This document shows positions 8,052 to 16,799 of a stretch of 50,635 nt of DNA, in pieces. Source of the stretch: a virus (taxonomy: Duplodnaviria > Caudoviricetes). The stretch's first letter is position 1, and every line of letters starts with the position of its first letter. The stretch covers positions 1 through 50,635 of the IMG/VR virus record IMGVR_UViG_3300013137_002980; one strand, written 5' to 3'. The position numbers were made by a program, and so were the translations under genes. Below the pieces are notes generated by a model. It did not search any database, was not told the DNA's origin, and saw only the letters and a list, made by a program, of their open reading frames with translations.

Positions 8052-8419
8052 TTGTTGCCACCCCCGATAATCGCAATAAATGCAGACTTAACTTCCGCAA
8101 TGACTTCTGCAATTGATTTACCCTGCATCAGTGCAATTGATTGATAAACGATACCAATCGTCAGTAATCCAAATACAGCGAAAATCAACATCACAAAGCC
8201 TTGCGCCATGTGTGAATATTGGTTTAATTCGTAGTATTCAATGAATGCAGCACCGCCATATAAGCTGACTGACACACTGAATAGGAACTTGCCAATCACG
8301 CCTAACGTGACTTGTATTTTTCCTTCTTTATCAATATCCCCGCTTAAAACAAGCGCAAGGATTGCCCCCACAACTGCTGGAACTAATTTAATAAACCACG
8401 GTAATGCGTTTTCTTGCAT
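8048..8419 (-). CDS. Putative holin (three transmembrane segments)
   Basis: Three hydrophobic helices; first gene of lysis cassette; GGAG RBS before MQEN. Confidence 0.65.
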   Translation of the reverse strand: MQENALPWFIKLVPAVVGAILALVLSGDIDKEGKIQVTLGVIGKFLFSVSVSLYGGAAFIEYYELNQYSHMAQGFVMLIFAVFGLLTIGIVYQSIALMQGKSIAEVIAEVKSAFIAIIGGGNK

Positions 8420-8477
8420 CGTCTTTTCTCCAGACATAAAAAAACGCCCTTTCGGACGCTTGCTTTAATTTAAATTT

Positions 8478-8708
8478 TCACACTTCGATTTGCACTACAT
8501 CACCGCTTGCTGCCAAGCGTTTTATCTCCCCATCTGAAATAAAAACTGTTGTGCCGACATTGTAGCGGGTCGTACTGGTACACATCACCAAACCTGAACC
8601 ATCTACAACTAAAACTTTATAATTCGGATGATTTTCATGCGTGATTTCGCCAACGAATTCAGGCGCTTTGGGCATTAAATCAATCAATCTTTGCAGTGCA
8701 TTACTCAC
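8478..8708 (-). CDS. Small tail-tip protein
   Basis: End of tail operon, overlaps upstream gene; small beta-rich sequence. Confidence 0.55.
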   Translation of the reverse strand: MSNALQRLIDLMPKAPEFVGEITHENHPNYKVLVVDGSGLVMCTSTTRYNVGTTVFISDGEIKRLAASGDVVQIEV

Positions 8709-10779
8709 GATTCACACGCTCCACTTTGACAGTCTGATTAACTGCAGCATGACTGAATGCTACGCTGACACTTTCAACAATGCCCCACCACTCTGCGTTA
8801 AATGCAAAGACTTCGCCTGGTGCACATTCGCCTACGTCTGCAGAGATCGGCATGGTCAATGTGTGTGTTTCTACCATACCTGCTTTGGCTAATTTAGCTT
8901 TACCAAACGCCCCCATGCTCACTACATCAAACAAAGGATTGTTTTCAGGTGGCAATAGTACGTCTGCGGCTGTGCCTGTGCGTTTGACTTGCCCTTGCTT
9001 GCCTGTTCTGTCATTTGTTAGCGTGATGCCGTTGTAGTCGGGATAAAGCTCATAATCTGTGGACTGACTGGTAACGAGTGAATCAGGTACCAAGCGGTCA
9101 TAATCATCTACTGTGAGCGTATCCCAAAATGTCTTTTTATAAAGCGGCTTGATTGAAAGCGTATTGCTGCCCTTTTCGCTATAAATAAAGCCGCCACCAC
9201 TTTCTGCAATCAGTTTAATGGCTGAGATTGGTGCAAGATTGGAATAACTTAAACTGTTATTCGCTACGATCCAGCCAAGGTCATCAATCAATTGCCAGTT
9301 CAGCACGGTATTGCTAAATACACGGTCTAACTCGGCTTGTGCAAGTTGCACCGATGTACGCTCATTCTCTTGTAAAAACGAGCGCAAAGGCGCATACGGT
9401 GCATCAAGTAAAGCGGTTTGACTGCGACCTGTGAGTGTATAAGTGATATTGCCAAAATTACGTGAACGTGTGCGATTCTCAAGCAGCATGTGATGCTCAT
9501 GCCCATTGACCAAAATCTTTAAAATTACAGGTTGCCCATTGATTGGCTCAAGTTTGGCAATTTCAGTATGCGGCACAGTTAAGCTATATGACCACGCCCA
9601 ACTGCTACGATCTGAGCGATAATTACCGTCATACACTAAAATTTCTGCATCATTATCAAGCCGTGTCACAGATAAACTATTCAAGATATACCACCAATTT
9701 TGATTTGGAATTGCGGGAATACAGTCATCAACACCAAAGTTTAAAATGACGTTATGCGCATCGACTTCATTGCATAGACAGATAAAGTTTAGGTCGCCTG
9801 TACCTTCGTATTGCGGCAATTCAGGCTTTGGCCAAGGCTTTACTGGATGCTTGCGATAATGAATCGCTTTGGCTTTTTCCCAAGCTAAATCATTAGTCGT
9901 GACAAGCTCTAAACCCTTATCCCATTCAAAAGTAATATGCTTTTCAAAGACGTGTGCCACTTCATGCGCATACGTGATATTGCGGCGCTTACGAATCATT
10001 TCGTGCCAGTCTGTGACTCGATTGATACGCAGCTTTAAGGTTTCATCAAATAAGTAGCTTTGATGAATGAATCGCTTGTCGCTTACTTGCCAAATTAAAT
10101 ATGCATCAGTCTGTAGTCCAGTGGTTTTCTCATGTTCAATTCTGACTGCTTGCGCAAGTGAATTTGAACGATCAAAGCCCGCCATAGCTTGCTGACTCAG
10201 CACCAAGCCTTGGTCATAAAAAAGTGCATCATTTGATACTCTTAAAATTGGTTTTGCCCATGGTATTTCCGTGACACTCAATGCAGCGACTGCCTTTTGG
10301 CAACTAGCATCAAACGCATAAGACACCCCGACGATATGGTTTATATCGAATACGGCATCAATTTCAAACAGGAAGGCAGTATCTAAAACCGTATCAATCG
10401 TGCATAGGTTTTCTGTAAATTCCGCAACAATCTCAAAGCTAAAACTGGTGTCTAAGACAGTATCAATCTGCCCGATAACATCGGTATTTTCTTCAAAGAC
10501 AGCAACAACTTCAAAGCCAAGCTCGGTATCTAATACCGTGTCTATGACTGCAGTATTTACACCACTGTCAGCATAAATTGCTGTGATTTCAAAACTAAAG
10601 CCAGTCTCTAAAACCGTATCAACAACTGCAGATAGATCATCTCCAAAATTGAGATTAGTCGAGCCGTCGGCTAAGTGCTCAAAATTGAGAATGATGTTAT
10701 GACCGTCGGTATTGTCGGGTCTAAAATTCAGGTTTAGATTGTGCGCATCAACGGTGCCGAGCTTATTTTTAAAATCCAC
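8701..10779 (-). CDS. Tail-tip/hub-like virion protein with N-terminal repeats
   Basis: Position in tail module; four IDTVLDT.F.FE repeats; C-terminal hub-like beta region. Confidence 0.7.
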   Translation of the reverse strand: MDFKNKLGTVDAHNLNLNFRPDNTDGHNIILNFEHLADGSTNLNFGDDLSAVVDTVLETGFSFEITAIYADSGVNTAVIDTVLDTELGFEVVAVFEENTDVIGQIDTVLDTSFSFEIVAEFTENLCTIDTVLDTAFLFEIDAVFDINHIVGVSYAFDASCQKAVAALSVTEIPWAKPILRVSNDALFYDQGLVLSQQAMAGFDRSNSLAQAVRIEHEKTTGLQTDAYLIWQVSDKRFIHQSYLFDETLKLRINRVTDWHEMIRKRRNITYAHEVAHVFEKHITFEWDKGLELVTTNDLAWEKAKAIHYRKHPVKPWPKPELPQYEGTGDLNFICLCNEVDAHNVILNFGVDDCIPAIPNQNWWYILNSLSVTRLDNDAEILVYDGNYRSDRSSWAWSYSLTVPHTEIAKLEPINGQPVILKILVNGHEHHMLLENRTRSRNFGNITYTLTGRSQTALLDAPYAPLRSFLQENERTSVQLAQAELDRVFSNTVLNWQLIDDLGWIVANNSLSYSNLAPISAIKLIAESGGGFIYSEKGSNTLSIKPLYKKTFWDTLTVDDYDRLVPDSLVTSQSTDYELYPDYNGITLTNDRTGKQGQVKRTGTAADVLLPPENNPLFDVVSMGAFGKAKLAKAGMVETHTLTMPISADVGECAPGEVFAFNAEWWGIVESVSVAFSHAAVNQTVKVERVNRE

Positions 10780-10796
10780 ATGAGCACCCTTTTAAT

Positions 10797-11183
10797 TTAA
10801 GGTCTTAATTTGATGGACTGGATAAACAGCGTACCGCCCACGACTAAATTGGTATTAGCCAAGCTAATGTCAGTACCCACAGTTAGATCCGCTGCCACCT
10901 CGCCCGCACCGTTAAAGATACGCGCCCACGTTGCTGTGCCTGACTTAATCACACTGCCTGTATCTGTTGGGTGTAATTCAACATAAGTGGCTGTGGTTTC
11001 TTTAATGCAGGGTTCAGGAAAAACCAAAGTGACTAAAGCATTATTGGAATCTGCCGCCACCGATGTATCTGCAGGCTGCGCACCTTCATAAAAAATAACG
11101 GTAGCACTTTGGCTACCACTATCCATGAAATTTGCAAAGGCTTGAATCATGGCAAGCCGAGCATTGACTGAAGTTTGACTCAT
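10797..11183 (-). CDS. Virion structural protein (tail module)
   Basis: GTATWARI motif typical of phage tail-associated proteins; position. Confidence 0.6.
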   Translation of the reverse strand: MSQTSVNARLAMIQAFANFMDSGSQSATVIFYEGAQPADTSVAADSNNALVTLVFPEPCIKETTATYVELHPTDTGSVIKSGTATWARIFNGAGEVAADLTVGTDISLANTNLVVGGTLFIQSIKLRP

Positions 11184-11476
11184 TTTGGCACCACATTATC
11201 TTGTATGACTGCGTTGAATTGCTGTTTTTTGTCAAAAGCCACAACAAAAGTCTTTAAGTCCGTGTTTAATCCTAAAAACTGATAATTACCATTTTGATCG
11301 GGCTTTCTCATTGCGATTGGTTGTAGATTAGCCTTGTTATAAAGTAGCACAGTCGCATCTTGGTATTGCTGCCCCAGCTTTTTAACTGAGCCTTGAATTT
11401 TCGCAATAACCTGCCCACCTTGAATATTTTGAAGGTGATTATTGGTTTTTGTGGCTACTCTTGAGCATGGTTTCAT
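11180..11476 (-). CDS. Small beta-sandwich (carboxypeptidase-regulatory-like) tail accessory protein
   Basis: VLLYNK...PDQNGNYQFLGL...FNAVIQDNVVP pattern. Confidence 0.55.
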   Translation of the reverse strand: MKPCSRVATKTNNHLQNIQGGQVIAKIQGSVKKLGQQYQDATVLLYNKANLQPIAMRKPDQNGNYQFLGLNTDLKTFVVAFDKKQQFNAVIQDNVVPK

Positions 11477-12744
11477 TCAAACTCTCCCAGATAAAAATAC
11501 ACACTTCCAGCATCCGGGTTGGCCCAAATTGCATCAATAATATACATGGAGTTATCAGACAATAAAGGTGTTGTTTGGGTCACATTCCCTCGGTTGTTTC
11601 CAGAATAATGGATGTGCTTTAAATTGCCTCTTAATCTATTCTGGTTATCAAAAAATGGAAGTTCTAAAGCCGCTACCGATGTTGCGCCATAAATGCCACT
11701 TCTCCCTGTTAAAAGGTCTGGGATTATGGATGTTGCGATTGTATGATTAACAACTTTGCTTATGATGTTGTAATTTGTGGATAAAAATTTAGCCTTGTCT
11801 GCGTCAAATGCTAATGGTGTGCCACCTGTAACCGAGACAAAGCCTCCAGAAGTCGAGCCAGCTTCTGTAACCTTTAAGGTAGTCATTAGAAACCAGGAAG
11901 GAACAATAGACCCATCTAATATGGAATTAAATAACCCACATCCTGAAAGAAGTTTATTTTGATGATTGTCTGGTGTTAATGACCTGGTGAAATAGAACGC
12001 ATCCGCATCTCCCAGCAAAGTGAAATTTCTATTTCCACTGGGCGGTGTGCTGAAATCAAACGGCCCATTGGGCATGGGTTGTGAACAAGCGTAATACCAT
12101 TTGCTCCAGCCACGATAATTACTTGTCCCCGACCCAGTAAGGGACCAGTTTTTTTTCAAATTGCTGGTATCGATTGGTAATTGTAAAACGCCTGGATTTT
12201 CATAATCATCAATGTGCTCCATGCTTTCAAGTAGACCCACCATAGCGGACTTTGCATAACTCGAATTATAAGTATTTGTCTCATCTGAAGTCGTTTCATC
12301 TACACGTATATATGGGTGTTGTGACATTGGGTTTTTGGCACGATAAACACGCTTTACATCGTTTGCATCACGGAAAATAATTTCATAGCCGAGTGATGCT
12401 AATTTTCCTGCGCCTACTGTTGTGATGCTTGTTTCTGCAATTGCGGTATGTGGTTTTAGAATGAGTTGTGTGGTGTTAGGCACGCCTTTGATTCGGTATT
12501 TCTGGTTAAAAGAAGCAGGCGCAAAACCTGTTAGTTCTACCACCTGAAGTAGCATGGCGTTATGTGCTGCGTATAGTGTGATATGCACATCACCTTGTGC
12601 ATCAATTGATGCTGTTGTGATTTGGGTAAAATCAATGCCTGTCACCAAGGCTTTATCAAGCAAGCGAATTAAATCACCCCAGTTATTCCCTAGAGTTAAG
12701 CCATTTAAGTGGCTAAAGTATTGAACATCTACATCTGTCGCCAT
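11473..12744 (-). CDS. Putative tail fibre/receptor-binding protein
   Basis: N-terminal WGDLIRLLDKALVTG motif; position after major tail-tip genes. Confidence 0.55.
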   Translation of the reverse strand: MATDVDVQYFSHLNGLTLGNNWGDLIRLLDKALVTGIDFTQITTASIDAQGDVHITLYAAHNAMLLQVVELTGFAPASFNQKYRIKGVPNTTQLILKPHTAIAETSITTVGAGKLASLGYEIIFRDANDVKRVYRAKNPMSQHPYIRVDETTSDETNTYNSSYAKSAMVGLLESMEHIDDYENPGVLQLPIDTSNLKKNWSLTGSGTSNYRGWSKWYYACSQPMPNGPFDFSTPPSGNRNFTLLGDADAFYFTRSLTPDNHQNKLLSGCGLFNSILDGSIVPSWFLMTTLKVTEAGSTSGGFVSVTGGTPLAFDADKAKFLSTNYNIISKVVNHTIATSIIPDLLTGRSGIYGATSVAALELPFFDNQNRLRGNLKHIHYSGNNRGNVTQTTPLLSDNSMYIIDAIWANPDAGSVYFYLGEFE

Positions 12745-12796
12745 TTTTCACATCCATAAAAAAGACCGCATACAGCGGTCATATTTGATTTAAGTT

Positions 12797-14413
12797 TTAA
12801 ATCACACGGTCAATATCACCACGTAGCATGATCTGGAACTGATCCGACATAACAGTTGGCTCAGATTGCTTCACTGTACGAATTACCCAAACTGGGAAGT
12901 TCGCAGCAATAGTATTGAAGCGCAACACGTTACCGTTTGCCCAACCCGCACCCCAACCTTCTTTTTTCACTGTGAAGTAAGGTAAGCCAGTCACAGGGTT
13001 AATCGGTGCAAAATCAGCGGTCACGCTACCTGTGCCAATTTGCCCTGAATACTCACCAACGCATCGGAATGATTGTGCATCCGTAAAGATTAATGCCCAG
13101 CGTTCCTGAATTGCACCTTTGTTGGTCACAGTGATTGGATACAAGGCATCGTTGTAGTTTGCCGAGATACCGCCACCGGTCGCCTCATCTGCCCAAGTAT
13201 TGTTCCATGACTGCTGCACAAATTTACGTGTGTAGCGTGACTGCATATCACCAATTACCAGGGCTGAACCAACAATGGTGTCGATTGCATCATAGTTATG
13301 TGTAAGCGGCTTGGTGAAGGTCAGCTGCCCGCTGATCTGCACATCACGAATTAAGCCCATGTCCTGATAGCGATACTTGGCCACAATTGGCGCAACCAGA
13401 GTATTTAGCGAAAAATCACCGTTTAGCGTCACTTTGCCGTAGTCATAATCGACTACATACATATCAAATGGTACTTTGGCACCTTCGCTATCTTCAAGCT
13501 CACACCATGAAATACGCTGATCGTTTAAATCATAGGTTTGCCCTGCAATATGGCTTGGCAATTCCTGTGTTTTGCTAGAGCTGACAATACCAATGTCACC
13601 AACTCGGAAAATAGGTACACGTCCATCGAGGGGCAGACGTGTTGCAGACAATCCTAAAATTTCAGAATCAAGCGGAATATAAGTATAGGCAATTGCGTTA
13701 TAACGCACCGATGAACCATCAATCCAAACTGGTACATTGATGTAGGTTTTGCCCGCTTCCTCGTACTCCATACGCACGTCATACCAATCTTTAGCGGTAA
13801 TTTCTGCACGATTGGCTTCGGTAATTTCGGTTTTATCGTAGAAGTAAATATCAACAAAACCTGTGATATGATTAATCTTGCCGTGTGCAAGGCTTGTTTC
13901 AATCACGCCATTTTCATCGGTGGTCAGTGTTAATTGCCCATGCTCTAACGATGCTACAACCACAGTTAAAGACTGCGGGCGAATTGGAATTACGGGCGTT
14001 CTAAAGCTGATTTGGTTCATCGGTGGCAAGTCGGTTGTGGTCGTCAGTGAGTCCAAACTAACTGTGTTGTCACTGTTTGGTGTCCATGACTCGATTTCTA
14101 CCTGACCTGTGCCGTATTGAATCGAACCCGATGCAATGCCACTATTGTTTGATGGGTCTACATTGCGATATAGAACCCCATCACGATCTAAGAAAGTATC
14201 TGCACCAACTCTAAAGCGTGCCGATCCTGTCAAAATCTGCTCGTCATAACCAGATGACAGATCAAGCCGTAACTTATCAGCCACAGCAATTGTACTGCTT
14301 TGGTTTACACCTGAACTGTCACGGTATTTCACAGAAATTGTAGTTTCGTTATAGGCCCGAAATGCTTGTGTGGTGCCACTAATTTGGGATGTAACTGGAG
14401 AATAAAAAGACAT
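12797..14413 (-). CDS. Large tail-tip structural protein, second part
   Basis: GSIQYGTG/GKINHITG motifs, RLPLDGRVPIFR; AGGTGG RBS. Confidence 0.75.
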   Translation of the reverse strand: MSFYSPVTSQISGTTQAFRAYNETTISVKYRDSSGVNQSSTIAVADKLRLDLSSGYDEQILTGSARFRVGADTFLDRDGVLYRNVDPSNNSGIASGSIQYGTGQVEIESWTPNSDNTVSLDSLTTTTDLPPMNQISFRTPVIPIRPQSLTVVVASLEHGQLTLTTDENGVIETSLAHGKINHITGFVDIYFYDKTEITEANRAEITAKDWYDVRMEYEEAGKTYINVPVWIDGSSVRYNAIAYTYIPLDSEILGLSATRLPLDGRVPIFRVGDIGIVSSSKTQELPSHIAGQTYDLNDQRISWCELEDSEGAKVPFDMYVVDYDYGKVTLNGDFSLNTLVAPIVAKYRYQDMGLIRDVQISGQLTFTKPLTHNYDAIDTIVGSALVIGDMQSRYTRKFVQQSWNNTWADEATGGGISANYNDALYPITVTNKGAIQERWALIFTDAQSFRCVGEYSGQIGTGSVTADFAPINPVTGLPYFTVKKEGWGAGWANGNVLRFNTIAANFPVWVIRTVKQSEPTVMSDQFQIMLRGDIDRVI

Positions 14414-14424
14414 TTAGACCACCT

Positions 14425-16395
14425 TTATGCAGAGGCATAAGTTGCTGTATATCGCGCTTCGTAAACATATCTAAATGTTTTATAAGAAGCTGTTGGCGTC
14501 ACAATGCATTGACCTGTGCTGTAATCAATCGTGCCTTGAATATCGCCTGCATCATTGATTAAATTACCCATATTGCCGCCTGTTGGGTCGTCTTTAAGAT
14601 GCACCATAAGCGTATTTAGACCTGATTGATCTGTCACAGGAATCTCTAAAGCCACACTGCTCGGCTGAATGCTTGAACCTGTGCCAATAGTAAAAGTCAG
14701 TTGTTGATCGCCCTCAGGTATCGCTGACTTGGATTGGCTAAGCTGTGGACCATAGTTATACGTGATGTTGAATTGCGTATTTTTCTGCGGCAGTTTGTTC
14801 GGAATAATCCGCCCTGTACCTGTGGCATAGTTGATATATCCCGCTGCATCACCTGTAAACAAACCTTTTGAATTGCTAGATGCGGTTTTAGTTGCACCTT
14901 CTAATAACCAGGTCACAGTAATGCCTGTCGCAACACCTGTGTGTCCAAGATTAAAATCAAAGCCAGCTTCCCTTACACGCAAACCTGAACGCACGAAAGT
15001 TGCAATCGGTGTGCCCCAATGCGCCAAAATTGGCGTATCAACATCTGGCAATGCACCTGTAGTTAGCAAAAATGAACCCGTTTCATAGTTAATCATGCCA
15101 GAGCCAAAGGAGCTGTGAACACCTTTTAATTGACCTGATCCATCGTCTTTTAGCTCATAAAACTTGCCTTGTGACATATACGACAGCGATAAACTGCCAG
15201 GCGCAGGAATCGGAATTAATACGCCCGTCCAGTTGGTGCTTTGGCTATTTTGCGTCACAGGAATGGCATAGCTTTGGAAATACTGTCTTGGTGCAGCAGC
15301 AGGCTTAAATGTAATTACCAAGATGGTCGAGCCAGTGCCTGCAGCAGAAGTCCACTGAATCAAGCCACGCTGATAATCAATCGTACCGACTTGTGTGCCT
15401 TGACTGTTTTTAAGCAATCCACCTTGGTCGCTAACAGGCTGACCAAACAATGTAAACGCAATGCTTGAGGGCATCACGCTTGAGCCTAAATACAAGTTTT
15501 GACTCACGCCCACAGTGGTTGGGAAGTTTGCAGTAATGCTGCCATCATTACCAGGCACCAAAATAATGCTCTCACCTGCAGCATTCACATCAATAATCGG
15601 AGTTTCAGTCTGTGCTGATGGAATCAACTGTGTGAACATGCTAGATGCATTCACAGTGAACTCACCGACTTGCGCATTTGATGCCAATTTTACCGATGCA
15701 CAATACTCACCTGTGTCAGCCACCAAAGATTCACGAATGATGGTTTTAGACTGTGTGTTACCACCGTACCACTGGGGAGCAGTCAACCCAACAAAATCAC
15801 GCTCAAGCGGGTCGTTAATGGTGTAAGTGGCAATCTTGTATTCCACGTTTTTACCATCAACCACCATAATCGCAATACGAGTTTCCACTTTAGTGATACG
15901 CACATATTGCTCAAATTCAAGCGCCTTGCCTTCGTCACTGACTAGAACAATGGTATCGCCAACGCTTGATTCCGCTTCTTGTGGAAACATAGCCACTTGC
16001 AACTGCTTCATGCCTTGCCAGTGTGTATCCAGTGGTGTGCCTGCAATCTGCCCACCTTTAGCCAAGTAATTCTCTACTCGGTTTTGGGCGCTACGGCGTT
16101 CATCAGTCCAGTTTTTTGTACTGAATAGTAAAGCCGACACGTTTGGGTCTTGTGGGTTTTCCGAAATGAATACCGTTGCGCCCATCAATGAATCTGTATC
16201 TTCAGTAATCACAGCAGGAAAGATTTTACGCATGGATACGTCACCCATGGTTCGATCCATTTCTGACACGTCATTGAACAAGTTATTACTTTGACCATCA
16301 ACGATGACCTGACCTGAATACTTACCACCACCATCGTCTGTGTCAGTCAATCGCTCCGATTTATAGAGCACCAAATCTTTTGTTTCAATTGCCAT
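14425..16395 (-). CDS. Large tail-tip structural protein, first part
   Basis: SERLTDTDDGGG and NNLFNDVSEMDR N-terminus; repeated G.I.Y..G motifs. Confidence 0.75.
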   Translation of the reverse strand: MAIETKDLVLYKSERLTDTDDGGGKYSGQVIVDGQSNNLFNDVSEMDRTMGDVSMRKIFPAVITEDTDSLMGATVFISENPQDPNVSALLFSTKNWTDERRSAQNRVENYLAKGGQIAGTPLDTHWQGMKQLQVAMFPQEAESSVGDTIVLVSDEGKALEFEQYVRITKVETRIAIMVVDGKNVEYKIATYTINDPLERDFVGLTAPQWYGGNTQSKTIIRESLVADTGEYCASVKLASNAQVGEFTVNASSMFTQLIPSAQTETPIIDVNAAGESIILVPGNDGSITANFPTTVGVSQNLYLGSSVMPSSIAFTLFGQPVSDQGGLLKNSQGTQVGTIDYQRGLIQWTSAAGTGSTILVITFKPAAAPRQYFQSYAIPVTQNSQSTNWTGVLIPIPAPGSLSLSYMSQGKFYELKDDGSGQLKGVHSSFGSGMINYETGSFLLTTGALPDVDTPILAHWGTPIATFVRSGLRVREAGFDFNLGHTGVATGITVTWLLEGATKTASSNSKGLFTGDAAGYINYATGTGRIIPNKLPQKNTQFNITYNYGPQLSQSKSAIPEGDQQLTFTIGTGSSIQPSSVALEIPVTDQSGLNTLMVHLKDDPTGGNMGNLINDAGDIQGTIDYSTGQCIVTPTASYKTFRYVYEARYTATYASA

Positions 16396-16799
16396 TATTC
16401 GCTCCAAAATCTTAGCGTTAAACGCATCATTTCATCTGAACTGGTCGCTGGTGAACCCCACACGCTGACCGCTTCCAGTGCCGTATCTTGGTGATTGAAA
16501 ATCACATCAAATTGCCGATTGTCATGTGGCCATTCAAACTGCAAGCGAAATTTCTCGCTTAAAGCTGACCATTCCTGCAGCTTGCGCACATCACTTAACT
16601 TCGCCCAACCACGGTTGCTATCAGGTGTTAAAGTGATAGGTCGGGCACCGACTTTGATGCCTTCTTGAATAATAGCCGCGCCACTAATGGCACGTTCCAC
16701 GGTTTGCTCTTTAGGCTTCCATTCAAATTCGTCAGACCATAAAAAACCGTCTTCTAATGAGACGGTTTCGGATGTTGCTAAGCGTATTAATTTCATCAC
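16395..16799 (-). CDS. Distal tail-like protein
   Basis: Directly after tape measure gene; LWSDEFEW and RPITL motifs. Confidence 0.65.
   Translation of the reverse strand: MMKLIRLATSETVSLEDGFLWSDEFEWKPKEQTVERAISGAAIIQEGIKVGARPITLTPDSNRGWAKLSDVRKLQEWSALSEKFRLQFEWPHDNRQFDVIFNHQDTALEAVSVWGSPATSSDEMMRLTLRFWSE

Noticed and set aside
8701-16395. Diversity-generating retroelement or invertible tail-fibre switch
   Set aside because: No reverse transcriptase or invertase in the window and no template/variable repeat pair seen
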